From positions 7,251,186-7,315,185 of the forward strand of contig CM082589.2 in assembly GCA_040954595.2 (NCBI GenBank): a stretch of 64,000 nucleotides of DNA, in the 5' to 3' direction. Shown in pieces: positions 1-14,100 of this stretch; within the stretch, counting starts at the first letter, position 1; each line of letters begins with the position of its first letter. The DNA is from Balanoglossus misakiensis. Lineage: Eukaryota > Animalia > Hemichordata. Position numbers and translations under genes: made by a program. Below the pieces are notes generated by a model. The model saw only the letters and a list, made by a program, of their open reading frames with translations. It was not told the origin of the DNA and made no database searches.

Positions 1-14
1 GTTGATTGCGGTGG

Positions 15-353
15 TTAAAGGGACAATGTCTCTCTCTCGCTGCCCTTTTTCCATTAATTATGTTTGATACAAGACACCGTTTATGTTATACAGTGAATGA
101 ACTTTCAACCACACACACCTGCCATCCCACTTATAGACACGAGAGTGAAACATCTCCCCAAAATGAATAATCAGTCTCTACCATTTATTCATTTTGGGCA
201 AGTTTTTAGTCTCATATCCTACAAACGGGATGGAAGTTGTGTGTGGTCGAATGTTGATTCACAATATATCCACATGTAGAATAACATAAACGGTGTCTTG
301 TATAAAACATTAATGCAAAAAAGGCCTGTGAGATAGAGACTTTGTCCCTTTAA
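15..353. mobile_element. MITE family A (TTAA TSD, AGGGAC termini; Kolobok-like non-autonomous DNA transposon)
   Basis: TTAA-AGGGACAA...TTGTCCCT-TTAA with long imperfect TIRs. Homologous copies at 26717, 35256, 39241 and 48537. TTAA TSD with 5'-RR termini fits Kolobok. Confidence 0.8.
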
Positions 354-364
354 TATATCCACAG

Positions 365-3300
365 GTATCGTATGGAGCCTCGAACCCCGCACTGTCCAAC
401 AGAAAACGCTATCCCTCCTTTTACCGCACCTACGCTCCCGATTCTGTGTACAACCTGGCCCGACTCGACATCGTCAAGTATTACGGCTGGACCAAAGTGG
501 CGACTTTACATGAGAACCAAGAACTTTTCTCTTTGGTAAGTGAATCTGTGATCGCAGGACAACCCCTTCCCGTCTAGAACAGGGTGACAGTCGAGCGATG
601 AGAATATAGTCCATGGGCCAGACAGGAATTTGGTATCAGAAAGATGGACAAAGCCTCATGTGGTTTTTTGGAAAGGCCTATATCTCTAGATTATGAATTG
701 GGGTGATAGCCCTGCCTATCGAGTAGCTTTCTGCATTTTTCCCCTCAAAAACTAATATAAGAACATAAAAATTTCCGACCCAAATTTTGGGGGTAGGGGA
801 ACTTTAAATTGCTGTAACTCCAGCAAAACTAAAGCCAGAACAGTCATTTACCACTCAAATTGTGTGTTTTTTAGAACTCTACCAATATAATATATTTTGG
901 TGGTAATTTGTTTTGAATTGAGGTCAGTAGAGGTCAAAAGGTCATGAAATTTGGGTCATTCTGAAAATTTGTAGTATGACTATTTCTTGAACGATTTTTT
1001 TGAACTTAAGTCTTTAAATGCCATTTACAAGATAAAATACTCTCCCAGAATCTATTTCAAACCAATAGAAAATCTTATTATTCATTTATGACCAGAAAAA
1101 CACAAATAAGGAGAAACGACAGAAAGACATCCAATTTTCCACCCAGATTTAAGGGTAGGGGAAACTTAAGTTCTTGTAACTCCGGCAAAAATAAACCCAG
1201 AACAGTCATCTACCACTCAAATTGTGTGTTTTTTAGAACTCTGCCAATATAATATATTTTGGTGGTAATTCGTTTTGAATTGAGGTCAATAGAGGTCAAA
1301 AGGTCATGAAATTTGGGTCATTCTGAACATTTGTAGTATGACTATTTCTTGAACGATTTTTTTGAACTTAAGTCTTTAAATGTCATTTAGAAGATAAAAT
1401 ACTCTCCCAGAATCTATTTCAAACCAATAAAAAACCCTATTATTCAATTACGATCAGAAAAACACAAATAGAGAGATACGGAAGAATGGCACAAGACTTC
1501 AGACCCTGATATTGGGGTAGGGGAAACTTAAGTAGTTGTAACTCCGGCAAAAATAAAGCCAGAACAGTCATCTACCTCTCAAATTGTGTGTTTTTTAGCA
1601 CTCTACCGATTGTAATATGTATTTGTTGCAATTTTATTTTGAATTTAGGTCAATGAGGTCAAAAGATCACAAGATTTGGGTAATTTCGAAAAATTATGGT
1701 ACGAACATTTCCCGCATTAATTTTTTAAACCCAAGTCTTCAAATGTCATTTATGAGATAAAATACTCTATACCATTTTTTTCCGACCAATTGAAGACCTT
1801 ATTATTCAATTAAAATCAGAAAAAAATTAGTAGAGAAACGGGATAATAACAAACAACTCCCACGGATTTTGGGGTAGGTTTGGCCATCTAACAGGTAAGT
1901 ATACACCCAACTGATCATGCACATATGGTGTTTAGGAGAACGGATGTGCAGATTTGTGAACCTTTGCATGCTGCTCATGTGCACTGTACTTGTATGATGA
2001 TTCCTAACAATACTACGAGAAGGGGCCATTATAGCATTGTAGCTCTGATTGTGTATTATTGTTGGATACCATCCTACAGTGTACAGGCACAGCAGATGAC
2101 AAGCCAAGCAAAGGTTCAAAAATCTGCTTATTTTTTTTCCTCAACACAATATGAGCATGATCTATTTATATTCAGGTCCACTATAATAAATAAAAAATGG
2201 CAAACCCATCTTCTATTCCACACTAGAGGGCTCGACGGGATTGTTTTCTCGACTGTCATGAATCCGACCATAAAGCAAGCCTCGTCACTCTACAAGATCA
2301 CGCCTTCTGGATAACTTTGCTGAATACAGCTAACATACAAAAATACAAACCAATTCAGGACCTCGCCATTGGTTTGGGCGAAGGTGAAATTCCTTAGGTG
2401 CAGTGCCATCGGAAATGCCGAAGTCTCTTTACGATGAAAAAGGCTCTTGAATCTATCCTTTCTAAAGAGCAGTCGTCATCAACTGAGGGAACCAATACAC
2501 TGGAACGTGAAAAGAGGTCGAGCATACAAGGGTCTCGGGTGTACGATCATATTTGCCTATTTTGCTCCACCACCAAGTACATGAAGGGAAGTAGGACAAG
2601 AGCTCCTTTAGTTCGTTGTCAGCAATTGCGTGCGGACAACACATTAAGGGAGGCAGCAACAAGAAAAAATGACAGTAAAATTCGTGCACTTCTCAGTCGT
2701 GAGTTGGTTGCTGCTGAGGGTCACTATCATAGAGCAGGTTCAAGTCATATGGAGGTTGATGAAAGTCAACATGATCAAGATACTAGTTATGAGGATGTCC
2801 TGCAAATTGCTCAAGAAGAGTTATTTTCTTTTATCAGAAATGATTTGTTCACAAACCCTGAGGTAGTTCCCCTGACTGATCTATCAAACAAGTTAGTTAC
2901 CAAAATGCTCCAACTTGGTGTTAAACAGGTTAACAATTCCACCAACAAAACTTGCAGCATACGCTAAATACGGAATTCAAAGGGACATTGATTTTTTTGG
3001 ATGATGTAAATGGTAGGGTGCTTGTATATCCGTCATCACTAGATATAGGTACTGTTGACCTGAAGTACAATGCTGTAAGAAAAGAACTTCTTGCAGCAGA
3101 AAAACAATCACATGAAAGTATCATCACCGCATCTGCTCTAATCCTGCTTACGCTGCTTGAATATCAGGCCTTGTATAGTCCCTATAACACTTTCTATGAT
3201 AGTGACCCTCAGCAGCAACCAACTCACGACTGAGAAGTGCACGAATTTTACTGTCATTTTTTCTTGTTGCTGCCTCCCTAAATGTGTTGTCCGTACGCAA

Positions 3301-6300
3301 TTGCTGACAACGAACTAAAGGAGCTCTTGTCCTACTTCCCTTCATGTACTTGGTGGTGGAGCAAAATAGGCAAATATGATCGTACACCCGAGACCCTTGT
3401 ATGCTCGACCTCTTTTCACGTTCCAGTGTATTTGTTCCCTCAGTTGATGACGACTGCTCTTTAGAAAGGATAGATTCAAGAGCCTTTTTCATCGTAAAGA
3501 GACTTCGGCATTTCCGATGGTACTGCACCTGAGGAATTTCACCTTCGCCCAAACCAATGGCGAGGTCCTGAATTGGTTTGTATTTTTGTATGTTAGCTGT
3601 ATTCAGCAAAGTTATCCAGGAGGCGTGATCTTGTAGAGTAACGAGGCTTGCTTTATGGTCGGATTCATGACAGTCGAGAAAACAATCCCGTCGAGCCCTC
3701 TTGTGTGGAATAGAAGATGGGCTTGCCATTTTTTATTTATTATACTGGACCTGAATATAAATAGATCATGCTCATATTGTGTTGAGGAAAAAAAATAAGC
3801 AGATTTTTGAACCTTTTCTTGGCTTGTCATCTGCTGTGCCTGTACACTGTAGGATGGTATCCAACAATAATACACAATCAGAGCTACAATGCTATAATGG
3901 CCCCTTCTCGTAGTATTGTTAGGAATCATCATACAAGTACAGTGCACATGAGCAGCATGCAAAGGTTCACAAATCTGCACATCCGTTCTCCTAAACACCA
4001 TATGTGCATGATCAGTTGGGTGTATACTTACCTGTTAGATGGCCAAACCTACCCCAAAATCCGTGGGAATTGTTTGTTATTATCCCGTTTCTCTACTAAT
4101 TTTTTTCTGATTTTAATTGAATAATAAGGTCTTCAATTGGTCCGGAAAAAAATGGTATAGAGTATTTTATCTCATAAATGACATTTGAAGACTTGGGTTT
4201 AAAAAATTAATGCGGGAAATGTTCGTACCATAATTTTTCGAAATTACCCAAATCTTGTGATCTTTTGACCTCTTTGACCTAAATTCAGAACAAAATTGCA
4301 ACAAATACATATTACAATCGGTAGTGTGCTAAAAAAACACACAATTTGAGAGGTAGATGACTGTTCTGGCTTTATTTTTGCCGGAGTTACAACTACTTAA
4401 GTTTCCCCTACCCCAATATCAGGGTCTGAAGTCTTGTGCCATTCTTCCGTATCTCTCTATTTGTGTTTTTCTGATCGTAATTGAATAATAGGGTTTTTTA
4501 TTGGTTTGAAATAGATTCTGGGAGAGTATTTTATCTTCTAAATGACATTTAAAGACTTAAGTTCAAAAAAATCGTTCAAGAAATAGTCATACTACAAATG
4601 TTCAGAATGACCCAAATTTCAAGACCTTTTGACCTCTATTGGCCTTAATTCACAACGAATTACCACCAAAATATATTATAGTGGTAGAGTTCTAAAAACA
4701 CACAATTTGAGTGGTAGATGACTGTTCTGGGTTTATTTTTGCCGGAGTTACAAGAACTTAAGTTTCCCCTACCCTTAAATCTGAGTGGAAAATTGGATGT
4801 CTTTCTGTCGTTTCTCCTTATTTGTGTTTTTCTGGTCATAAATGAATAATAAGATTTTCTATTGGTTTGAAATAGATTCTGGGAGAGTATTTTATCTTCT
4901 AAATGACATTTAAAGACTTAAGTTCAAAACTATCGTTCAAGAAATAGTCATACTACAAATTTTCAGAATGACCCAAATTTCATGACCTTTTGACCTCTAT
5001 TGACCTCAATTCAAAACGAATTACCACCAAAATATATTATATTGGTAGAGTTCTAAAAAACACACAATTTGAGTGGTAAATGACTGTTCTGGCTTTAGTT
5101 TTGCTGGAGATACAGCAATTTAAAGTTCCCCTACCCCCAAAATTTGGGTCGGAAATTTTTATGTTCTTACATTAGTTTTTGAGGGAAAAAATGCAGAAAG
5201 CTACTCGATAGGCAGGGCTATCACCCCAATTTATAATCTAGAGATATAGGCCTTTCCAAAAAACCACATGAGGCTTTGTCCATCTTTCTGATACCAATTC
5301 ATGAAAAATCGGGTCCTGGCCCATGGACTAATACTGGCATTACATAGTCTTACTACATGACATGAAGCCCTTGAGCCTGACAGTATACCGCGTTGTTTGG
5401 TCCACAGAAGTAGTAGATACAACCCAAGTTGTTCAGTGGTCTAACACAAACAGTGTTTGTTGTTACCCTATCTGCATACGCCATATCATAAAAGACATTT
5501 ATTGTAAGCTAATCTGTTACTTGAATCTGTGGAATTCTCTTCCTATCATTCGTTCGTTCATTCTGTCTTTTCAGACAATCAACGACCTGAGCTCCAGGCT
5601 GCGCGATAACGGTATCGATATCCTGACGTCAGAGAGCTTTACTGTCGATCCATCAGAGCAGGTCAAAAATTTGAAGGTAGGATGGTCTATAATCATGCTA
5701 TGCTATGCTATGCTATGATATGATATGATATATGATGATAGGATATGAAAAATACAGCACCCTTGTCTATTTTAGGAAGGATTATCTGTCGTAGTCCAGT
5801 GTGAACATGCACTGTGTGTATATCTCACAAGCTCATTAGCGGATGGCAGAACAATGTTATAACTGTAGTAGGGGCGTTTAATTGGGGGAAATGTAACCTT
5901 TACTTCCAGTCGAATAATGCCATAACCCATGACGTTAGGGTATTTGTAGTGCTATCCAAGTACCAATTAACAGCGTTCCAATTTCTCGGCGATACACAAA
6001 CTAGATTAACCGATTTGTTATGGGAGCATGAGCTTATCCGTGTCCTTCGAAAGTCGCACAGAGAGAGAGAGATTGTGTTTTCAATCCCGATTGTATTCTG
6101 TGTGATTGCGTTTCCATCCCTACACGCGATTGCTATTTTTCACATAAGACTTCCATGATTTTTCCCACTCGAAGCAGTCGTTACGTATTCGGTGATATTT
6201 CTCTCTCATTTGAATATCTCTACTTATTTTCGTGAAGTATGTTTTCACGACCCCTCACTTTATATTACATCGTTCATTCCTGGAAAACATACACCATTCT

Positions 6301-7393
6301 GTACAAGAGCAAATACTGGCATTTTCTGTTCAGATGAATGTAAATCTGGTCAGCTTAAAGGGTATAAGGTCACCTCTAATTTACATATGCCTATATATGG
6401 TCAAAAGGCGTGTCTAAGTGTTCGAATGACCATGTCATTGGCTATATTTGAATTTTCCATGGTAAATTTGTATAGGTGACTGTATTCCTTTACTTTGAAA
6501 AAAATGAATCACACTCATATTTCCGTGATGCTTTGCCCGGGTATCGACCTTTCGCACGCAACCTTCCTGTTAGAATGTCAACAACTGCAAATCTCGTTCT
6601 AATTAATGCGCTTACGTTTCTTTTTCTTGCAGGAGAAGAAGGCTAGAATTATCCTTGGAAATTTCTTCGAAGATATGGCCCGCCGTGTGTTCTGCGAGGC
6701 AAGCATCGGTAGTTTGTTATATTTCGCCCGCGGCGACCGGTTTGATAGTGTAGATGTTGCGAGGTCGTTATCGACGTCAGTTTGATATCGTATACAGAAT
6801 TTCAACGGACGAGCACCTCTTAAACCTGAGCAAAAAGCACGATTCCCGCATTTGACACCGTTCTGAATAGTCCGCTACTTCGCCGTGTTTCTGGCAGGCG
6901 TGACTATTTACAAAATGTTGGTAAAATTGACAAGGGCTTCATTTCGATAAGATGAATGTGCGCCGCGGTGTCGCTGCCGGCTGCATATCTGCCCGTGTTT
7001 GCTGCATGATTCGTGCGTGTCCATATGACGCGTGTCTTTTCATTCGTAAGCGTTTTTTTTTTAAACGATGAAAGGAGGGCTTCTCAAATATTGATACTGC
7101 GAAGGACACGTCATTGAGACGTGGTTGCAAGAGACTCAAGGAAATCAGAGAAAGGACATGCATTTTTACAATATAACTATCTTTCAAAGTCTTTCAAATT
7201 TGAATGTTTCATCTCAGCACTTATGTATGTATGTATGTATGTATGTATGTATGTATGTATGTATGTATGTATGTATGTATGTATGTATGTATGTATGTAT
7301 GTATGTATGTATGTATGTATGTATGTATGTATGTATGTATGTATGTATGTATGTATGTATGTATGTATGTATGTATGTATGTATGTATGTATG

Positions 7394-7425
<32 letters not shown>

Positions 7426-10400
7426 AGCGAAAAAGAACTCCGACTCGACTGCGACGACAAATCGTTCAGCGTGCACCGTGTGTTGACACAAGAAATCCCA
7501 ATGGCGCTCACTTTGTGTTTGCAATGTAGCCCTGTGCGTGACGTATGACTGTTTCTCCCGCCACAGGTCTACAAGCAGAACATGTACGGTAAAAACTACG
7601 CCTGGATCCTGTTGGGATGGTACAGTTACAGATGGTGGGCCGTGGAGGATGACAGCATAGACTGTACGCCGGACGAGCTCTTCCTGGCTCTCGACGGTTA
7701 CATAGCAACGGAGAATATCGACTTGAGTATCTATGGCGACCGAATGACAGCATCTGGATACGTGAGTCGCATACAATGACTCCTTTGTTGAATTACTAGC
7801 GGTGCGACTGCTGCGATACGCATAAATATTAACGATAAAAAATCACTAATAATTGTTCACAAAGGAAAAGACAATTTATGGAGACAGTAACCCTATGCTG
7901 TTAGCTCGGAAAGGAAGAGCATTTGAATAGAAGTGATACACAAGCCATGTGTTAAGTTTAAATTAATAGGTCTAATATATTACATTTTTCGCTATTACAG
8001 TCGAACACAGCGAATTCGTTATTTATCGATAACAACTCTTCGTCTCGCGCGTACAGAACTAACCTAACGTCTTATTTTGTGTAAATTCTCCCTGTTTTCT
8101 TCCTCTGTTTCAAAGTTCTCGGTCTACTCAGAAACTGAGTGGTTTACGTTTAAATCTCGTGGGTTTTCACTTCAAGTACAGGAGGAGGATTTTTCCACGT
8201 CGAACTATGGTTTAAAGCGGCAGCCCGCCCCAGGCATTGAACCCGTGACCTCAATTACAGCGATCTCCTCTTTGACCGTTATTAAAGGAGCACATTCACC
8301 TCCAATTTACATATGTCCATATCTGCCTAAAATGGCGTATCTTAGAGTTCTAAAGAACATATGGCGGCGCTATTTTTTCGCGTGTGCCACCCACTGAAAA
8401 TCTGCGATTGGCTAGATCTCAGTTTGCCATGGTAACTGTAGCTAAATTTGGACAGGTGACCGTATATACCTTTAACCAACGCGTTTTCCCAGCTCGACCT
8501 AAACTGCGAGTGATGTTGTTGTTGCTGCTGTCCGTTCCAAAGTGAAGCAAATGACGTACAACTCATGAGAAAAGTACTTGCTCTTACACATTTTCCTACC
8601 GTACTTCTTTGCAGACCCCAAACGAGTATCGGTCATTGTACGAGGAACGGTTGCGATCCCTGAATATGCCGGAGACAGCGGCCGACGCTATGGGCGCGTA
8701 CTGCTATGACGCGGTGTGGAGCATCGCCCTAACGCTGAACAAGTCCATCGAAGCCCTGGAGCAACGTAAGCCGCCACAGGACTGAGCAAAATCAAAGCGT
8801 GCTTCCGATAACCCGACCTACAATAAATTTCACCTGTCAACCATCAACGTGTTGGCGCCAAACACAAACGAGAAATATATAAAATAATTACCGTTATTGC
8901 AGTGAGAATCGACCAGAAAGTTTAATTAAACAGAGAAAAAATAACACAAGATCGTGGAAATAAGATCACCGTCTTATTAGGTGTCGTGACGGAGCTGTAT
9001 TCATATGGCGCCATAAATCGCGTGGGCGACCGGTTTTTAAAAATAAGCAGTTTTTTTCGAACTTTCTGCATTTCATTCTCTTGAGAACGCTGTCATTGGA
9101 ATCACACATAGTTTGCTTGGTCTAAATGAAAAGAATACAGATTTTGTGCAATTGTCCTGATGGCGTTTATTGTGTGTGTGCAGACTCTATGGGGCCTTGG
9201 TGTAGCCACGACAGAATGGGCGTATTCGACTACGATGACGACGACGATGATGCACGTTCACAGATATGAGCAAAATCATTCCAATGCAGATATTTGACAA
9301 TTTTAGTCCTCTGATCAATCCCTTCGGTTTTCTTTCTTTCAGATCCCAACATAACAAATCGCTCAATCGAGGATTTCACTTACGGTGACACAGCGATGAG
9401 AACTGTCTTCACGAGCATTCTTGATTATTTAGAGTTCGACGGGGTCTCGGTAAGCTAAACTAACATTTGAAAGACAAAATATTTACTGAGTTAATTAGAT
9501 TGTTTGTCTGTAGATGTAAATCTGGGATTAACAGAAAGTTTGTCCGAGTAGTATTAATCAAATCTGATATCTGCTTTACTTATTGCGCTTCATGGTTACA
9601 TTTGTGCTATCTATATGGGTTGGCATCACGCCCAGGCATTAAGCGAACCCGCGCATCGCTATATTTTCACACGGTTGTTATTGTGTGGTCGCTTCCCGAC
9701 AAATCGTTCATTGCCAACGTTTTAGAAAATGACAGTTATGGCCTGCTCTCTCGACAGGGTCCCGTCAGCTTCACAGAAACCGGCGATAGGGAAGGTCTTA
9801 TTAACATCGAACAATTGCAAGGTAGGCATTTAGTACTCGGTAGTAGGCATTCGGGGCGGGCCCCAACTAGGTAGCAGAATAAATGGAAGTAAGACTTGTA
9901 GATATAATAGGTGGGAGAAATTGGCCACATATAGCAAGTGGTAATAGATGTTCCCATTTGATTATACTGTTCAGATCATGATACAATCTGAAGGCCTACT
10001 TATACTTTCTTGGCAGTCCTAAGCCAACCTTTGAAAGAGAGACAGACATAGAGACAGACAGACAAATGGACAGGCAGACAGACAGACGACTGACTGACTG
10101 ACAGACAGACTGTCAACATACAAGCTGACGGATGGACATACTGATTGACTGACTGACTGACTGACTGACTGACTGACTGACAGAAAGACGGACAGACAGA
10201 CAGACATACGAACTGTCAGCCGCAACTGTAGCATCACAATCGCAAAATACGCCTTGCAAAATACTGATTAAATATTTCATTTTGTTGGGAACTAACTAGA
10301 TGGAGAAGAGGTTGTTGTTGGCATCTACTTCCCGCAAATGGGCACGCCGGAGACCAAGCTACGCTGGGATATGGGAACGCAATCAATTGTATGGAAAGGT

Positions 10401-11047
10401 AAAAAGATGATTTTCATATCCCCCATTGTAGATTTTCGTGACGCACGGTCGACAATGGCAACGGTATAAATCAGTATCCGTATCTCAATTCGAGTGGTGA
10501 AAAAAAGTGTATACTGGATACGGCGTCAAGTTGCTGTACAGTTCAAGGACGATAGTTATTTTTTTGCGGAAGACGATTCGGTGATATTTTCCAAGTGAAG
10601 AATCTCCTCCTACAGGCAGTGCAGAAAATTGATCTAATACGAATCAATTTTGTCGGCTTTGAAAATGAGACTATAATTGAACAACATTTGTCTCTCTGAG
10701 TGTGGTCTAATTATCGGAAGCTTCAATTCGATTTCTCCTAGCTAATATTACAGGTGCATTGTCCGTGGTTTGAAGCTGACTTATCCCTTCATATCATTAC
10801 AGGGGGAAAACCACCGAAGGACGCCACGGACATCATCGAAGAATACCAGCGAATTCCAAGACTTTACGTCATCATATTTGGCGGTTTGGCCGGCGCTGGT
10901 GTCCTTCTGGCGCTCCTCTGTCTCGCCTTCACCGCTCACTACTGGAGGAGATCGTGAGATCATTATTCTTTCTTGAAATAGAATTCTAACAGTTTTGATC
11001 TAAAGGCTTGTCGTTAAAGGTCACACTGTTGTCACTCTCTTTTGTGC

Positions 11048-11078
<31 letters not shown>

Positions 11079-11084
11079 TAGATC

Positions 11085-11157
<73 letters not shown>

Positions 11158-14100
11158 GCGTTGAAACCATACAAAACATTGCTCAACGCATGAGTAATAG
11201 ACTATATGGCTGTGACGCAGATGTACAGCCCCACGCATGCTAACTACCGGCAACTTAGCGTTACAGTAATATAAACTTCAGCTCAGTTGTATACTAGTAT
11301 TTCCCTCTTACAGATATTTGGTGTCATTTATCTAGAGTGACCTGCCCTTTGACTCGACGTGATTTTTGCCAAATTGTATTCTCTTTCAGGTGCATCAGCA
11401 AGGCTGCTCCCGGCTACCTGGTTGTCATGACACTGGGCGTCGCCATGATCTTCACCACAGTGGGACTGCTGGGATTGGACGCAGGCGTAGTTGGACGGGA
11501 TCACCTGGCAACAATGTGCACGGTGAGCGACTTTGATGCCCTACTGCGCATGTTCAGTTATCTTTAAGTTACGTCACCTAAGCGAAATAACCGCTCATAC
11601 AAATCTTGACTCTGTGATAATGTTTTCTCTAGATATAAAAATTGGGAAAAAGCAATAATATAAGGCAATGACAGCCCTTCTCGAAAACTAATTATCTCGC
11701 ACAAAGAAGCTTGTTTTTTTCCAACTTGAGTCTGAAAGAAACTGGCGAGGCAGACAAATTCTAATTATTACCTTGCGGGATTAGCTAATTTACTTTTAAG
11801 GGCTCAATATAAAATTGATATGTTTTATTACATTTTTTTTCATCAGATCAGAGCATGGAGCTTGACCATTGGGTTTACCTGCGCCTACGGCACGATATTC
11901 TCTAAAATCTACCACGCACACAAGTTATTCACTTCTAAGGCCAATCTCTGGAAACCGGTGAGTGGGCGTATAGATACTCCACCTGGAACTTTTCCAGCTA
12001 ATTATGCACATGGCAGAATTTTGCAGCTTAAATTGCGGCCATTTTTTCGATTAAAAGCGCGGTCTTAATATTGAGAATCATACTCAGGATTACCGCGCTA
12101 AACATTGAATGAGAGGGTAAAATTTGAAATTCAAAATGGCCGCCGTGTTGAATTCGATGGTTCGCTTTCCCCATTATCACGAACAACAACATTATGTCTC
12201 TCGTGTGACGTAACCCCGTCCTGGAATGTGTGCACATGCGCATGTGACATCGTGACCATCTGTTCCTGTTGCAGGGATCTCACACCGTACCCATTCTCAG
12301 CCGCTTAGCGCTTTTCCTGCTTGTCGATCTGGGAATTCTCGTCGTCTGGACAACCCGCTACCCAATGGAGTTAACTATCGAGCGATTGCAGGCTATAGTA
12401 GGTCACAACGTTAACTCAAATGTCCACACAACCTAAAACGTACATGTGGTTCGAGAAATTTTCTTGATTCTGTTATATTTTCTTTTCATTGTTTATATGT
12501 GTCACTGATATCAAAACATGCCATGACAATTATTGAATAGACCAGAAGAGGAGAAGAACGGCTGAATCTCAAAAGAATGACATATATTGATGTCATCGAG
12601 TTTGATTTATTGACAAACCAATACTCATAGGTGTGTCTTAGTGGACGAGAGAGAAACGTGTTCAATTATAACTGAACTTATGGTATTTTTACCAGTAAAT
12701 CTTATCGCCATAATTCAACACAGAGAGTCGTCGGTTATCTAGCAAAAGGAAGATCTCTTGCATTCATGAACACTCTAATCCCCCTTCAGTGAAAAAGGGG
12801 TAATCAGAATCATATACAGAAGAAGTAGATTCGAATGTAAGAAAAGACCGCGAGCGATGCAGATTCTTTTTCAAATTTGCCACCGAGCGTAAGCCGTGCC
12901 TCTGCGGCGGAGATAAAGGTTACTAGTACATCGACAAATCTTATCGTGTTCATGTGTTTTCCCCGGGGGACCAGTCATGCGATGATGGAAAATGAGCGCG
13001 CTCTTCCCCATTGTCTGCGTTTCCTTGGAAAAGAAATTATAGAAACTGAGTTGAACACAACAACTCTTCGATGCATGCGCTCCTGAAGTACATGGACCGT
13101 TTTTTTTGCAAAACAAGAAACTCGATGTCAAATGTACTCTCAAGGAAGGTCGTGCGTACCAATCATGAAAATGCTCCATGTTTTCTAAGCCACTAGCGGA
13201 GCGGCTGGTCAAATTGCCAATGCCCTGTGTTTTAAGCTGCTTTTAACAAGCCAAGCTAATGCGAAATACATGAAGCTGAAGGTTGTCAACAAACCCAGTT
13301 ATTACCATAATGTGTTGACAAGCTTGAAGCTATAATGTCTCCAAGGTTTTTCAAAAGCACATATTTCTACTAGAAAATTAGTTCACGGTTTACACTACCC
13401 CATTTTTTTTTATCTCTTACACTATTTTCTTCTGTTTTTCACATACAGATTGACGAGGACAACAATATTGAAATTAACCCTCTGATCGAATACTGTGACA
13501 AAGGCAGCTCGGTGTATTTCATAGGCGCTCTAATGGTACTTCACGGCCTACAACTCTTGCTTGGTGAGTTTAATTTGACCAGTGGTGTCTCATATGTAAA
13601 TAGGCCTTTTTATGGTAATCAGCGTTGATATTTGCATGTACATGTATTTTCATACACCCGCACCTCGCCATCTTTTTTGCAGCAAGGGTGTGAAATATCG
13701 ATCTGACTTGGTCGAAAAATCGTAATCGTTTCAGAATTACTCATTTGAGTAACTGTCTCTCTATTGACAGGTGCGTTTTTGTCCTACGAAACTCGAGAAG
13801 TGAAGATCCGATCCCTGAACGACACTTTCTTCAGCGGTGTGGCGACGTACGTCATCGTGACACTGGGCATCATTTGCGCGCCCTTGTCGTTCATCATCAA
13901 CAACAAGCCCGTCGTCTCCTTTTTGATCGAGGCGTCATTGGTGTGGACTGCCTGTACACTCACTTTACTCATCATTTTTGTTCCTAAGGTAACGTGGACT
14001 CTGAGTGATCGCAAATATTACCGCAGGTGGCGCGCTTTCGAACTGGAAACCGTTCGGGCAAATGACGTTGTATACAAGAGTTTCTGACGTATAACGTTTA

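Larger units (their letters stand above)
607..5330. mobile_element. Academ-like DNA transposon derivative with foldback structure (two inverted 5' halves)
   Basis: 5'-TAGTCCATGGGCCAG...CTGGCCCATGGACTA-3' termini, 3-bp TSD ATA (604-606 and 5331-5333). Arms ~607-2733 and ~3193-5330 are near-identical inverted copies. Both encode the motif CLFC...ELVAAEGHYHR(KC), which I associate with Academ-type transposase N-termini. Confidence 0.8.

Noticed and set aside
97-279. Recurrent small ORFs inside MITEs (also 48633-48848 and 39307-39489)
   Set aside because: Non-coding MITE internal sequence; frames are not conserved between copies.
780-1880. Regularly spaced repeats as a possible CRISPR-like array
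   Set aside because: Whole ~361-bp units repeat with no unique spacers; this is a eukaryotic transposon subterminal array.
1802-4124. Mirror ORFs 1802-2119/3807-4124 and 1925-2314/3612-4001 as duplicated genes
   Set aside because: They are duplicated only because of the inverted arms, have no recognisable protein features, and overlap the transposon's probable 5' UTR intron.
607-5330. Palindrome as an assembly or amplification artifact
   Set aside because: The arms carry multiple substitutions and indels, the spacer is asymmetric, there is a TSD, and the host exons continue correctly on both sides.
7121-7548. ORFs with MYVC/HTYI repeats
   Set aside because: They are translations of the (TATG)n microsatellite in an intron.
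8225-8255. B-box-like GGTTCAATGCC on the - strand as a tRNA gene
   Set aside because: No cloverleaf or A box can be built; at most a SINE-head remnant.
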